From an uncultured delta proteobacterium (GTDB lineage Bacteria; Myxococcota_A; UBA9160; SZUA-336), in NCBI GenBank assembly GCA_963704165.1, contig CAVPHD010000003.1:224001-288000 (forward strand): 64,000 bases of DNA, read 5' to 3'. Shown here one piece after another: positions 34,811 to 45,386 of the stretch (its first letter is position 1; each line of letters begins with the position of its first letter). The notes beneath the pieces were generated by a model. It searched no databases and was not told the DNA's origin. It saw only the letters and a program-made list of their open reading frames with translations. The position numbers and the translations under genes are program-made.

Positions 34811-35296
34811 TCAGAACTGCCGAGACCGCGAGGCCGACGCCACGATGCCCTGCGTGCGATCCGACCAGTAGGACGATGCGGACGGTTCGTAGAATCGCTT
34901 CATCGAGTCCCGCCGACCGCGTCGGAACGACAATCCGAACGGAACGAAGAAGAGATAGAAGACGAGCGGAAGCGTCAACCAGCTGATCGCTTGTCCGACG
35001 CCGCGCCCGAGCGCGAGCATGCCGCGATCGATGGCGGCGAAGAGGCCGGTCGGCGAGAGCAGTGCGGCGAGCAGGATCAGGCTCGCGACGCCGACGATGA
35101 AGAGCCCGAGCGGGCGCGACACGAAGCCGAGAACCAGGGCGCCGACGCCCAAGCCGATCATCCCCTGCAGCGCACCGCGCAGCCGCAGGCGAGCGGCCTC
35201 GGGCGGAGCCGCGGTCGTCGGTCCGGGCTCGCGCCAGTTCCAGACGATGGCGGCCGCCTCCGGTCGCCCCGGGCGGGGCTCTCGTTGCTCGCGCAT
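34811..35296 (-). CDS. SxtJ-like membrane protein
   Basis: Hydrophobic; FYLFFVPFG...RDSM...SYW...RQF C-terminus; directly upstream of the carbamoyltransferase. Confidence 0.75.
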   Translation of the reverse strand: MREQREPRPGRPEAAAIVWNWREPGPTTAAPPEAARLRLRGALQGMIGLGVGALVLGFVSRPLGLFIVGVASLILLAALLSPTGLFAAIDRGMLALGRGVGQAISWLTLPLVFYLFFVPFGLSFRRGRRDSMKRFYEPSASSYWSDRTQGIVASASRSRQF

Positions 35297-35383
35297 GTCT
35301 CGCAGATCTCCCTCTGGGGAACTCGTTCGCGCCGAGTGTGGCATCGGTCGCGCGGCGGGGAAAGCGGGGCCCGAGCGCGACGC

Positions 35384-36391
35384 TCAGACTCCGAAGTACT
35401 CCCGATACCACGCCACGAAGTTGCGCACGCCCGTCTCCACGCTCGTGGCCGGCCGATAGCCCACGTCGGCCACGAGATCGCTGACGTCGGCCTCCGTGTC
35501 GGGAACGTCACCCGGCTGCAGCGGCAGCATCACCATCTTCGCCTTCCGGCCCAGACACTCCTCGAGAACCTCGATGTAGCGGAGCAGCTGAACGGGTTCT
35601 TGATTCCCGATGTTGTAGATGCGGTACGGCGCCGGACTCGTCGCGGGATCGGGCGAGGTCCCCTGCCAGCGTGGATTGGGCGCAGCAACGCGATCGAGCG
35701 TGCGGATCACGCCCTCGACGACGTCGTCGACGTAGGTGAAGTCGCGCTTGTGGTGTCCGTGGTTGAAGACCTGGATCGGCTCTCCGGCGAGGATCGCCTT
35801 CGTGAACAGGAAGAGCGCCATGTCGGGGCGCCCCCAGGGACCGTACACCGTGAAGAAGCGCAGTCCCGTGCAGGCGAAGCGGAAGAGGTGCGCATAGCTG
35901 TGCGCCATCATCTCGTTGGCTTTCTTCGTCGCCGCGTAGAGGGTGAGCGGGTGCTCCGTGCCGTTGTGCACCGAGAACGGCATGTTCGTGTTCGCACCGT
36001 AGACCGAGCTCGTCGACGCGAAGACGAGGTGCTCGACGTCGTGATGGCGGCAGCCCTCGAGTACGTGCAGAAAGCCGGTCACGTTGCTCGACACGTAGAT
36101 GTGCGGGTTCTCCATCGCGTAGCGGACACCCGCCTGGGCGGCGAGGCTGACGACGCGCCGGGGCGCATGCTCGGCGAAGACCTTCTCGATCGCACCACGG
36201 TCGGCGAGATCGGCGTGCACGTGTCGATAGCGGGGATGGTCGAGGTGCCGCGCGAGGCGCGCCTTCTTCAGCTTCACGTCGTAGTAGTCGTTGAGGTTGT
36301 CGATCCCGACGACCTCGTCGCCGCGCTCGAGCAGGCGCAGCGTCACCGCCGAGCCGACGAATCCGGCGCTGCCGGTCACGAGGATCTTCAC
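35384..36391 (-). CDS. UDP-uronate 4-epimerase (CapI/Uge-type)
   Basis: [37 protein letters not shown]. Confidence 0.92.
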   Translation of the reverse strand: MKILVTGSAGFVGSAVTLRLLERGDEVVGIDNLNDYYDVKLKKARLARHLDHPRYRHVHADLADRGAIEKVFAEHAPRRVVSLAAQAGVRYAMENPHIYVSSNVTGFLHVLEGCRHHDVEHLVFASTSSVYGANTNMPFSVHNGTEHPLTLYAATKKANEMMAHSYAHLFRFACTGLRFFTVYGPWGRPDMALFLFTKAILAGEPIQVFNHGHHKRDFTYVDDVVEGVIRTLDRVAAPNPRWQGTSPDPATSPAPYRIYNIGNQEPVQLLRYIEVLEECLGRKAKMVMLPLQPGDVPDTEADVSDLVADVGYRPATSVETGVRNFVAWYREYFGV

Positions 36392-36401
36392 GCCGCGGAC
36401 C

Positions 36402-37679
36402 TCAGAGCCTTCCGTCCACCGCGTCGCGCGGAAGAACCGACTTCACGTCGTACAGGATCGAGATCGGGCGACCGAGGGCGCGGACGCCGGCGGCGCCGAG
36501 CTCCGCGAACTGACGGTGCGCGACCGCGAGGATCACGGCGTCGTAGGCACCCGGCTCGGGCGCGGACACGGTGGAGATGCCGTACTCGTGCTGCGCCTCC
36601 GCCGGGTCGATCCAGGGATCGTGCACGTCGACCTGCACGTGGTACTGGCGAAGCTCGTCGACGATGTCGACCACGCGGGTGTTGCGAACGTCGGGGCAAT
36701 TCTCCTTGAAGGCGAGTCCGAGGATCAGCACGCGCGCACCGACCAGGCTGATGCCGCGCTTCGCCATCAACCGGACGACCTGATCGGCGACGTAGGCCCC
36801 CATTCCGTCGTTGATGCGGCGGCCCGCGAGGATCACCTCGGGGTGGTAGCCGATCTCCTGCGCTTTGTGCGTCAGGTAGTAGGGATCGACGCCGATGCAG
36901 TGACCACCGACGAGGCCGGGTCGAAACGGCAGGAAGTTCCACTTCGTCCCCGCGGCTTCGAGGACGTCGAGGGTGTCGATCCCGAGGCGATTGAAGATCA
37001 ACGCGAGCTCGTTGATCAGTGCGATGTTCAGGTCGCGCTGCGTGTTCTCGATCACCTTCGCGGCCTCGGCGACCTTGATCGAGCTCGCCTTGTGCGTGCC
37101 CGCCGTGATGATCGATCCGTACAGGCGATCGACGAAGTCCGCGGTCTCGGGCGTGGAGCCCGACGTGACCTTCTTGATCGTCGAGATGCGGTGCTGCTTG
37201 TCACCCGGGTTGATGCGCTCGGGGCTGTAGCCGCAGAAGAAATCCACGTTGAACTTCAGGCCCGACACGCGCTCCAGGATCGGGACGCAGACCTCTTCGG
37301 TGGCACCGGGGTAGACGGTCGATTCGTAGACCACGACGTTTCCCGGGGAGAGACACCGTCCGACGGTCTCGCTCGCGCGAACGAGCGGCGTCAGGTCGGG
37401 CCGCTTCGCGGAGTCGACCGGGGTCGGCACCGTCACGATGAAGACCTCGCACGCTGCGAGATCGCCGGCCTCGTCGCTGAAGCGCAGCATTCGAGCCGAC
37501 TCGAGCTCGGATGGAGACACTTCGAGCGTGTGGTCTCGCATTTCGCGGAGCTCCGAGATGCGCGCCCGGTCGATGTCGAACCCGATCGTGGCGAAGTGCT
37601 TTCCGAACTCCGCCGCGAGCGGCAACCCGACGTATCCGAGGCCGATCACGGCCAGCTTCGTCTCTTCGAGCCGCTTCAC
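36402..37679 (-). CDS. tviB: UDP-N-acetylhexosamine C6 dehydrogenase (TviB/WbpO-type)
   Basis: [43 protein letters not shown]. Confidence 0.88.
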   Translation of the reverse strand: MKRLEETKLAVIGLGYVGLPLAAEFGKHFATIGFDIDRARISELREMRDHTLEVSPSELESARMLRFSDEAGDLAACEVFIVTVPTPVDSAKRPDLTPLVRASETVGRCLSPGNVVVYESTVYPGATEEVCVPILERVSGLKFNVDFFCGYSPERINPGDKQHRISTIKKVTSGSTPETADFVDRLYGSIITAGTHKASSIKVAEAAKVIENTQRDLNIALINELALIFNRLGIDTLDVLEAAGTKWNFLPFRPGLVGGHCIGVDPYYLTHKAQEIGYHPEVILAGRRINDGMGAYVADQVVRLMAKRGISLVGARVLILGLAFKENCPDVRNTRVVDIVDELRQYHVQVDVHDPWIDPAEAQHEYGISTVSAPEPGAYDAVILAVAHRQFAELGAAGVRALGRPISILYDVKSVLPRDAVDGRL

Positions 37680-39214
37680 AATCCCAGATCCCACGCGTAC
37701 CGGAATCCGAGGCCGATCGTGATCCTGTCCTGATCGTCGGTCTCGAGATCCACTCCGCTCCCGAGAAGTTGATCGGTCGTCGAGTGATAGTAGCGTCCGA
37801 TCAGATACGCATTCAGCTGTCGGCGAAGCTGCCAGTCGAGCCGGGCCGTCAGCGTCGTGTAGGTGCGATCCTCCTGCGCCGAGCCGCCGAAGCACTGATA
37901 GATCGGAACGTCGACGCCGGCAAACTGTGGATGAGGCACCGTGCCGACGATGCTCGCCGTGCCGCCGTAGTAGCAGCTGGTGCTCTCCGTCGTCGGCGAG
38001 GTGGGGAAGACGCTCGCGGCATAGCTCGGGATCTCGTCGGTGACCGAGCCGTACAGCTGGTAGCTCCCGGAGACCGTCAGCATGACGCGCTCGGCGAGCC
38101 GGTGCGTCAGCGAGAGCGTGAACGCGTCGATGTCGAAGTTCGTCCGGCCGGTGCCGCCGGTCGAGCGCGTGTCCCGGTCGTAGGAGAGCCGGACCAGGCT
38201 GCGCTCGAAGGCGCGCTGGATCGCGATCGAACCGATCAGCCCCGTCCCGCTCCCGGAGAAACTCCGCTCGTCGAGCGCGACGCGCTCCTGCTGCGGACAG
38301 TCGAACGGGATTCCGAAAATGGTGCAGACGGCCATGAACCCGATTCCACCGCTCTGCGGCGCGTCGTTCTGGGTCGAGTCGATCGTTCGCGCGCCGATCG
38401 AGAGCGACGTGGACCAGACCGGCGACCAGTTTCGGTTCCAGCTCAACCTTGCCGCCCAGATCTCGGAATCGTTCGACCCCGTTCCCAGGTCCTGGTACGA
38501 GGTGCTGTCGCCATCGACTCCCAAGCTGACGTCGTCACGCGCCGTGAGCTGGTACGTGAGCACCGCCCGAGCGTCCCAGAGGCTGCGATCGCGGTACTCG
38601 CCGTTCGAGCTGTCGATCGCGTTCTGGGAATCGCCGACGCTCGTACCGACGCGTTCGAAGTTCAGGCGCCCCATGCCGCCCTCGATCCGCAGCGCCGTGC
38701 GCGGCGTGAGCAGGTACTGGAACCCGCCTCCGATGTCGTCCCGGGCCCATGCAGGCAGCTCCTCGAGCAGGATATCGCCCAGCGAACCGGGAGGCTCGTC
38801 GCTCCCGGTGTCGTCGCGGATCTCGTCGTAGCCGGAGGAGTAGTCCACCTGTCCGTTTCCGAAGAAGGTCAGACGCGGGGTCAGCTTGCGTTCGAAGTTC
38901 CCGCGTGCGCCGGTGTCGATGCCGGAGAGCGTCGACTCGTTCCAGACACTCCGCCCGACCGCGGTCACTCCCAGGCGCGCAAAACCGAGCTCTCCTTTGT
39001 TCTCGATCCAGAGCCCCGGCCTGAAGGTCGTGACCGGGCTTTCCTTCTCGTTGGTCGAGTAGTTGTAGACGTTCGAGTCCCAGCCCTGCTCCAGGTCGAA
39101 CATCGGGCGCAGGACGGTCTTGTCCGCGGCGCGCACCGCTCCGGGTGCACACACAACTGCGACGAGCGCGAGAGCGAGTCTAGCGCCAGAAAGCGCGTTC
39201 TTCGGGTACGACAA
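37676..39214 (-). CDS. Outer-membrane beta-barrel associated with polysaccharide export
   Basis: Signal peptide; WDSNV motif; amphipathic strands; C-terminal [11 protein letters not shown] start after GGAG. Confidence 0.75.
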   Translation of the reverse strand: MSYPKNALSGARLALALVAVVCAPGAVRAADKTVLRPMFDLEQGWDSNVYNYSTNEKESPVTTFRPGLWIENKGELGFARLGVTAVGRSVWNESTLSGIDTGARGNFERKLTPRLTFFGNGQVDYSSGYDEIRDDTGSDEPPGSLGDILLEELPAWARDDIGGGFQYLLTPRTALRIEGGMGRLNFERVGTSVGDSQNAIDSSNGEYRDRSLWDARAVLTYQLTARDDVSLGVDGDSTSYQDLGTGSNDSEIWAARLSWNRNWSPVWSTSLSIGARTIDSTQNDAPQSGGIGFMAVCTIFGIPFDCPQQERVALDERSFSGSGTGLIGSIAIQRAFERSLVRLSYDRDTRSTGGTGRTNFDIDAFTLSLTHRLAERVMLTVSGSYQLYGSVTDEIPSYAASVFPTSPTTESTSCYYGGTASIVGTVPHPQFAGVDVPIYQCFGGSAQEDRTYTTLTARLDWQLRRQLNAYLIGRYYHSTTDQLLGSGVDLETDDQDRITIGLGFRYAWDLGL

Positions 39215-39818
39215 TCGTGTCTCCAGGGAGCAGGAGTATGTTCTGCGAGAGGTCCTTGCCGTCGATGAAGTGGTCGTAGTCGAAGTTGAACTCGGCGGCG
39301 CCACCGCCCTGGTTGCGGATCACCTTGACCCGGGCCCGGCCGGCGAAGGGGTTGAACCCACCGGCGAGCGCGATCGCGTCGAGCACGCGCATGTCGGGCT
39401 GCATCTGGATCGGACCCTCGCGCGAGACCTCGCCGATGATGTAGACGAGCTTCGATCCGACGCTCGCGACGACGACGGTCACGACGGGAGCGGTGAGGAA
39501 CTCCGTCAGTCGCTCGGTGATGTCCGCCTTGAGCTCGAGTGGAGTGCGCCCGGCCGCCTGCACGTCGTCGATCAACGGGACGGAGATCTTTCCGTCGAGC
39601 CGGACCTCGACTCTCGCGAGCGAGAGCTCCGGCTCGCGCCAGACGACGATCGCGAGCGTGTCCCTCGGCCCGATCACGTAGGACTCCGTCACCTCGACCG
39701 CTTGCGTCTCGAGCTGCGCCGCGCTCGGCAGCTCGCGCGCCGTGCCCGCGCAGGCCGCGAGCGCGAGCGCGACGAGCGACGCGACGATGGGTCTTCCGGG
39801 GGTGCGATTCGCGATCAT
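39180..39818 (-). CDS. Short polysaccharide export (OPX/Wza-like) lipoprotein
   Basis: LAA-C lipobox; YVIGPRD...VRLDGKISVPLI PES motif; one SLBB domain; ends [11 protein letters not shown]. Confidence 0.92.
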   Translation of the reverse strand: MIANRTPGRPIVASLVALALAACAGTARELPSAAQLETQAVEVTESYVIGPRDTLAIVVWREPELSLARVEVRLDGKISVPLIDDVQAAGRTPLELKADITERLTEFLTAPVVTVVVASVGSKLVYIIGEVSREGPIQMQPDMRVLDAIALAGGFNPFAGRARVKVIRNQGGGAAEFNFDYDHFIDGKDLSQNILLLPGDTIVVPEERAFWR

Positions 39819-39840
39819 CGATGTCGTCCTTCGGTTCGGG

Positions 39841-41274
39841 CTACGGCGCGTTCGCCAGGCCCGCGTCCTTCATCTTGTAGAGGAGGGCCTTGTAGCTGAT
39901 CTGCAGGATCTCCGCGGCCTCCTTGCGGTTCCAGCGGGTCCGCTCGAGCACCTTCGCGATCAATCTCGCCTCGGCGACCTGAGCGGCGTCGCGGCCGACC
40001 TGCTTCAGGCTGACGCGATCCGTCTCGCCGGCGAGAAAGCGCTCGAGGTCGGTGGCCGACGCGTCGGGAGCGGGAGCGGGCAGTGGGGTGCGGATCGCGC
40101 GCGCGCGAAGCTCGGCGATCACAGGCTTCACCGAATCGAGCACGACCACGCGCTTCACCACGTTCTCGAGCTCGCGGATGTTCCCCGGCCAGTCGTAGCC
40201 CAGGAGGGTTTCGCGAAGCTCGGCGGGCACCGCCTTCGGGTCCTTTCCGTACTCGCGCGCATAGCGCTCGAAGAAGAGGTCGGTGAGGAACGGGATCTCC
40301 TCTCGTCGCTCTCGGAGCGGAGGGAGTGCGATGGTCACGACGTTCAGTCGGAAGAAGAGATCCGCACGAAACGTGCTGTCGCGAACCGCGGTCTCGAGGT
40401 TCCGATTCGAGGCCGCGATCACGCGCGCATCGACGGAGATGTCGGTCTCACCACCGAGCCGGGAGAAGTGCCCGTCCTGGAGTACCTGCAGGAGCTTCGC
40501 CTGCAGGTTCGGGTGCACTTCGCTGATCTCGTCGAGGAAGATCGTTCCGCCGTCCGAGAGCTCGAACTTGCCGAGCCTGCGTTTCTCGGCGCCCGTGAAC
40601 GCGCCGCGTTCGTAGCCGAAGAGCTCGCTCTCGAGCAGCTCGGAGGGAAGCGCTGCGCAATTCACCTTGACGAACGCGCGCCGCGAACGAGTCGAGCGCG
40701 CGTGGAGCGTTCGCGCGACGAGTTCCTTGCCGGTTCCGCTCTCGCCGCGAATCAGGACGGTGATGTCGGTGTCGGCGACCTGGTCGATCATCTCCTCGAC
40801 GAGACGCATCTTGGGACTCCGGCCGGCGAAGATGATGCCCGACGTACCGGCACACGCCGCGGTGTAGCTCCGCTCGCGCAGCGACTCGGTTCGATCCGGC
40901 GCTTCGTGCGGTCGCAGGGCCTTCGCGAACGCGGCCTCGAGCTCCTTTGCTTCGATCGGCTTGCACAGAAAGTCGTTCGCTCCGTGTTTCACCGCGAGCG
41001 CGATCGCGCGCGTATCGGCGATTCCCGAAAGCATGATCACCGGCACGCTCGCCGAGAGCTCTCGCAGTTTGCGAAGCGTCGCCAGGCCATCCATTCCCGG
41101 CATCGACAGGTCGAGCGTCACGAGATCGGGCGCGCGGAGGCGAAAGATCTCCAGGGCTTCCTCGCCCGATCTCGCGCACTCGACGGTGTGACCCTGCTCG
41201 ATCGCAAAGCTGGAGAGCCAGGCGCACATGCCCGGGTCGTCGTCGATGATCAGTAGCTTCGGGTGCGATTTCAT
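39841..41274 (-). CDS. Sigma54-dependent response regulator (NtrC-type)
   Basis: Receiver domain, GESGTGKE, GAFTGA, WPGNIREL, Fis-type HTH. Confidence 0.95.
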   Translation of the reverse strand: MKSHPKLLIIDDDPGMCAWLSSFAIEQGHTVECARSGEEALEIFRLRAPDLVTLDLSMPGMDGLATLRKLRELSASVPVIMLSGIADTRAIALAVKHGANDFLCKPIEAKELEAAFAKALRPHEAPDRTESLRERSYTAACAGTSGIIFAGRSPKMRLVEEMIDQVADTDITVLIRGESGTGKELVARTLHARSTRSRRAFVKVNCAALPSELLESELFGYERGAFTGAEKRRLGKFELSDGGTIFLDEISEVHPNLQAKLLQVLQDGHFSRLGGETDISVDARVIAASNRNLETAVRDSTFRADLFFRLNVVTIALPPLRERREEIPFLTDLFFERYAREYGKDPKAVPAELRETLLGYDWPGNIRELENVVKRVVVLDSVKPVIAELRARAIRTPLPAPAPDASATDLERFLAGETDRVSLKQVGRDAAQVAEARLIAKVLERTRWNRKEAAEILQISYKALLYKMKDAGLANAP

Positions 41275-41319
41275 AGGGGGGATCGGGCTTCGGCTTCGTC
41301 GCCGGCAGCCGACGAGCGT

Positions 41320-41336
41320 TGCGACAAGCGTGCCAA
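41320..41336 (-). promoter_or_regulatory. Sigma54 (-24/-12) promoter
   Basis: TTGGCACGCTTGTCGCA: GG-N10-GC, about 46 nt upstream of the ATG at 41274. Confidence 0.8.
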
Positions 41337-41504
41337 GTCTGCGAACGTGACCGACGGGCGGGGGAACGGCGCTCGCGGCGATCGGCGCCCCTCAGGGTAC
41401 CGGACTTCCGAAAAGGAGTCGCTCGCGACTCTCACGCAACTCGTGCGCAGCTTCGCGCGCTCTTCGATTCGAAGCGGGCCAGCGAGCATGGTAGCTTCGA
41501 CTCG

Positions 41505-41867
41505 ATGTCGCGACGCGTCGAGAAGCCTTGGGGCTACGAGGAGATCTGGGTCGAGACTCCTCGCTATCTCGGCAAGATCCTGGCCATCCGCGCGGGGCAT
41601 CGACTCTCGCTGCAACTCCATCGCGAGAAGGACGAGGCCATCTACGTGCTGCACGGGACGCTTCGGCTCACGCTCGAAAACGACGCCGGGGAGCTCGAGG
41701 TCCGAGAGCTCGGTCCGGGCGCGAGCTCGCGCATCACGCCCGGACGCCGTCATCGTTTCGAAGCCGTCTCCGATTGCGAGCTCTGCGAGGTCTCGACCCC
41801 CGAGCTCGACGACGTGGTCCGGCTTCAGGATGACTACGGCCGCGTGCCCGGCTCGGGCCGGATGTAG
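41505..41867 (+). CDS. Cupin (mannose-6-phosphate isomerase-like)
   Basis: VEKPWG, RLSLQLH, HRF, EVSTPELDDVVRL. Confidence 0.85.
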   Translation: MSRRVEKPWGYEEIWVETPRYLGKILAIRAGHRLSLQLHREKDEAIYVLHGTLRLTLENDAGELEVRELGPGASSRITPGRRHRFEAVSDCELCEVSTPELDDVVRLQDDYGRVPGSGRM

Positions 41868-43288
41868 GCGCGCACCGACGACGATCGAGCCGGGACGATC
41901 GCGGATCGATCTGCGAATCGCCGCCATCGACCGGCCAACATCGGCGCGGCTTCGGGGGCGTCCTCTTCCGCGAAACGCTCGACACAGGCGCGCGCGGCCA
42001 ACGCGTACAGGACCCAGAACTGCGCCGAGATCTGACTCACGTGCAGGATGCCCGAATGCGAGAGGTTGGCGACCAGGTTGTGCGTCGCCGCCGCCAACAA
42101 CACCGCTCCGAGCAGGTACTCCTTCGAGTCGGAGCGCCAGAGCACGCGTCCGCAGCGGTACACTCCCCAGATCAGCCAGGCCAACATGCCCAGACCGATC
42201 AACCCCATCTCGGCTCCGAACTGCACGATCAGATTGTGGGCCTCCTTTCGGTGGTGCATTCCGTACTTCGCTCCGAACTCGGGTGTGCGGAAATGGAAGG
42301 CATTCAGACCGTGGCCCCAGACGGGAGAGGTGGTAAACATGTCGAGGCCGATTCGCGCGAAGGCGAGCCGCGACCCGGTCGAACCATCGACACTGATCGA
42401 CCCGGGTACCAAGTAGACGTTCGCCCCGGTCGTCGTCGTCCACTCGATTCGCTCGCGCACGATCTCCGGCAGGAGTGGCAGGCCCACCGCGACCAGGATC
42501 GCCATCGTCGCGACCGAAACCGCGAGCAGCTTGCGATTGACGAGCAGGAGAAAGACGCCGTGGGCGGCAAAGAACGCGAGCCAGTTCCCTCGCGACAGGC
42601 TGACCACCATCGCCACGGCGGCGAGTCCATAGGTTGCGGCCGCAAAGACGCGCAGACCGCGACCGTGCTCGCGCCCGCGCATGAGGAGGTAGAGCGGTAC
42701 GAACATCATCGGGCCGACCGACTCCGCCAGTCCGTTCGCATTGGCGATGAACCCGCCCGCGCGCTCGCGGCCAACGAGGATGCGCGGGTTGATGTGGAAG
42801 ACGAAATCGAGAACTCCCGCGACACTCGACAGAAAGAGCGCGATGCAGAGCGCGACCAGCACTCGTTGCCGGTCCTCGGGGCTCTGAAGCCACCAGTAGA
42901 CGACGAAGAAGAGCAATATCGTGAAGGTCATGCTCTTCGCTTGCTTGAAAATGAACCAGACGGCGGCGCTGCCATCGACGGCTTGTAGACCCCTGGCCCA
43001 GGGAATCGAAAGGACAAAGGCGATCAGCATGACCACCGCGAACGCGATCACCGGGGCCGAGTAGCGCAGAGGCGGAAGTCGTGCGCCGAAGCGAAGCACC
43101 GTGACCGCGAACGCGACACCGATCAGGATCGTCTCGGTGTTCATGCCCGGAACGGGCAGGCGAGGCGCCCACGGATCCATCGGAAAGATCGCGACCAGTA
43201 GCGCGATGCCCCAGACCGGCCGCCAGAACAGCGTCGCGACGGCGACGAGCACGAGTGCGCTGTACGGGTACTGAAGATGCTCGAGCAT
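41834..43288 (-). CDS. O-antigen ligase/Wzy polymerase family protein
   Basis: Multi-pass; SLSRG, PVWGHG, AHNLIVQ motifs. Confidence 0.85.
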   Translation of the reverse strand: MLEHLQYPYSALVLVAVATLFWRPVWGIALLVAIFPMDPWAPRLPVPGMNTETILIGVAFAVTVLRFGARLPPLRYSAPVIAFAVVMLIAFVLSIPWARGLQAVDGSAAVWFIFKQAKSMTFTILLFFVVYWWLQSPEDRQRVLVALCIALFLSSVAGVLDFVFHINPRILVGRERAGGFIANANGLAESVGPMMFVPLYLLMRGREHGRGLRVFAAATYGLAAVAMVVSLSRGNWLAFFAAHGVFLLLVNRKLLAVSVATMAILVAVGLPLLPEIVRERIEWTTTTGANVYLVPGSISVDGSTGSRLAFARIGLDMFTTSPVWGHGLNAFHFRTPEFGAKYGMHHRKEAHNLIVQFGAEMGLIGLGMLAWLIWGVYRCGRVLWRSDSKEYLLGAVLLAAATHNLVANLSHSGILHVSQISAQFWVLYALAARACVERFAEEDAPEAAPMLAGRWRRFADRSAIVPARSSSVRAYIRPEPGTRP

Positions 43289-43295
43289 CGCGTGT

Positions 43296-44471
43296 TCAGC
43301 CGGCCGCGCGCCGGCTGACCTCCTCGTGGTGGTCCGGAGTCGCGACGGCTTCGGCCTGGCTTCGCACCTCGAGCTCCAGGTCGCGCCGCAAGGCCCGGCG
43401 TTCGAGCGCTCGCAGCGCCGCGAAGCCGACGAAGATCAGGGCCAGGAACAACCCCCAGCGCAGAGTCGAGGAAATGCCGCGCGTGCCCAAGCCGACCGCC
43501 GCGCATCCGATGCAGACCGAGTACAGGACCACGAGTGACTCGCCGACCGAGAGCCCGTTGCGAAGCAGGAGGTGGTGAAGGTGTCCTCGGTCCGCGAGCG
43601 TGACCGCGCGAATCATCTCACCCGGCCGCAGACCCTCGGCTCCTCGGGTTCGAAGGTGCAGGAGTCCTCGCCGGAGCACGGCGAGGATGGGATCGAGCAG
43701 CGGCAGTCCGAGCACCAGCAACGGAACGATCAGCGCGACGGCGGCCGGGGACTTCTGGTACGAGGCCATCGCGAGCACCGCGGTCATGTACCCGATCGAG
43801 AGTGCCCCGGCATCGCCGAGAAAGATGCGCGCCGGAGGCAGATTGAAGCGCAGGAACCCGGCCAACGCCCCCGACAGCGCGAGCGCCGCGATCACCGGCA
43901 CCGTCGCACCGTTCTGGTTCGCGAGCAGAAAGACCGTGAGCGCGGTGATCACCGAGACCCCAGCGGCCAATCCGTCGATCCCGTCGATCAGGTTGAAGGC
44001 GTTGGCGACGATCACGATCCAGGCGATCGTCACCACGAACGAGACCGGTGCGGCCGCGGTCAGCAGCAGCTCGAACGGCAGCTCGATCGCTCCGACGCGA
44101 AACCCCAGGGCCCAGGTGAGTGCGGCAATCGCGATCTGGCCCGCGAGCTTGGTCATCGGCCGCATGTCGTACAGGTCGTCCCAGGTGCCGAGCGCGACCA
44201 TCAACAGCGCGCCCAGGCCGAGCGCACCCAGCGACGCGTGGCCGAAGAGCGCGCTGCGAACCGGCTCCACGAAGATCGAGAGCGCGAGGAGTCCGAGCAC
44301 GATCGAGCCGAAGACGGCGACGCCGCCGAGGAGCGCCACCGGTTCCTTGTGCGCCTTGCGTGCCGTCGGGTGGTCGAGATATCCGCGAGCCTGCGCGAAC
44401 CGGATCACCGCAGGCGTCAGCGCCAGCGCCAACAACCACGGAACGATCAGAATCGCTGCAAATACCACCAT
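43296..44471 (-). CDS. WecA/TagO-type undecaprenyl-phosphate HexNAc-1-phosphate transferase
   Basis: RKAH...LGG, NAFNLIDGIDGLA, IFLGDAG, DRGHLHH. Confidence 0.9.
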   Translation of the reverse strand: MVVFAAILIVPWLLALALTPAVIRFAQARGYLDHPTARKAHKEPVALLGGVAVFGSIVLGLLALSIFVEPVRSALFGHASLGALGLGALLMVALGTWDDLYDMRPMTKLAGQIAIAALTWALGFRVGAIELPFELLLTAAAPVSFVVTIAWIVIVANAFNLIDGIDGLAAGVSVITALTVFLLANQNGATVPVIAALALSGALAGFLRFNLPPARIFLGDAGALSIGYMTAVLAMASYQKSPAAVALIVPLLVLGLPLLDPILAVLRRGLLHLRTRGAEGLRPGEMIRAVTLADRGHLHHLLLRNGLSVGESLVVLYSVCIGCAAVGLGTRGISSTLRWGLFLALIFVGFAALRALERRALRRDLELEVRSQAEAVATPDHHEEVSRRAAG

Positions 44472-44504
44472 CGTGCCATCGCCTTCGGCTGCGGGCCCCG
44501 TCGA

Positions 44505-45368
44505 TCAGCTCTTGCCGTAGCCATAAGCGCCGGCGAACGGAACCTCGCTGCTGCTGCAGCGGCTCAGAACGACGCCCATCATCTTGCTCGCATCGAGTCG
44601 CTCGAGCGCCGACTCGACCTCGTCGCGCGGCGCGATTCCCGCGCCGACGACGAAGAGCGCCGCGTCGCAGAGATCCACCAGGGTGACCGTGTCGGGCAGC
44701 CCGAGGACCGGCGGCGCGTCGAAGATCACCGTGGGAAAGCGGGTGTGGAGCTCCGCGACCAGATCGAGCATCGCGCGGGACGCGAGCAGCTCGGAAGGTG
44801 CGGTCGGCAACGCACGGACCGGCAGGATCATGAGCCGCGTGTCGGGTACCGAGATCAAGGCCTCGTCGAGCTTTGCGTCGCCCTCGAGCACCTCCGCGAG
44901 GCCATAGGGTCCGGCCCCCCGGAAGATGTCGTGTACACGCGGCGTACGCAGATCTGCGTCGACCAGGCAGGTGAGTCCCTCGCGCTCCAATCCGAAGCCG
45001 AGCGCGAGATTGGCCGCGGTCGTCGTCTTGCCTTCGCCGGGACGCGTCGACGTGATCACGATGCTGCGCAGCTCACGCGTGCGGCGCAGTGACTGAATGC
45101 GCGCACGCAGCGTGCGGTACTCCTCGGACAAGGTCGCCTCGCCGAGCGCGATCGGCGTCTCGGGCCGAGTCGGCTCCGGCCGCTTCGCCTTGCGACGCGG
45201 AAACCAGCGCCGGGGCTTCGCGGGCGCGCGGGGCACGTCGACCTCGATCGGCGCGCTCCGGACCTCGATCTCCGGCTCGGCGTCGATCTCGGTTTCGATC
45301 TCGACCGAGGGAGGTGCGCCGCGGCGCATCTCCTCGGCCTTCCGGAGCGCATCGTGAATCTTGCCCAT
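44505..45368 (-). CDS. CpsD/CapB bacterial tyrosine kinase
   Basis: EEYRTLR, GEGKTT, VDADLR, IFDAPP, C-terminal YGYG. Confidence 0.93.
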   Translation of the reverse strand: MGKIHDALRKAEEMRRGAPPSVEIETEIDAEPEIEVRSAPIEVDVPRAPAKPRRWFPRRKAKRPEPTRPETPIALGEATLSEEYRTLRARIQSLRRTRELRSIVITSTRPGEGKTTTAANLALGFGLEREGLTCLVDADLRTPRVHDIFRGAGPYGLAEVLEGDAKLDEALISVPDTRLMILPVRALPTAPSELLASRAMLDLVAELHTRFPTVIFDAPPVLGLPDTVTLVDLCDAALFVVGAGIAPRDEVESALERLDASKMMGVVLSRCSSSEVPFAGAYGYGKS

Positions 45369-45386
45369 GAAAGATCCTCCCTGGAC

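Noticed and set aside
31653..35296. Saxitoxin biosynthesis
   Set aside because: No sxtA, sxtG or other core genes; the context is polysaccharide synthesis.
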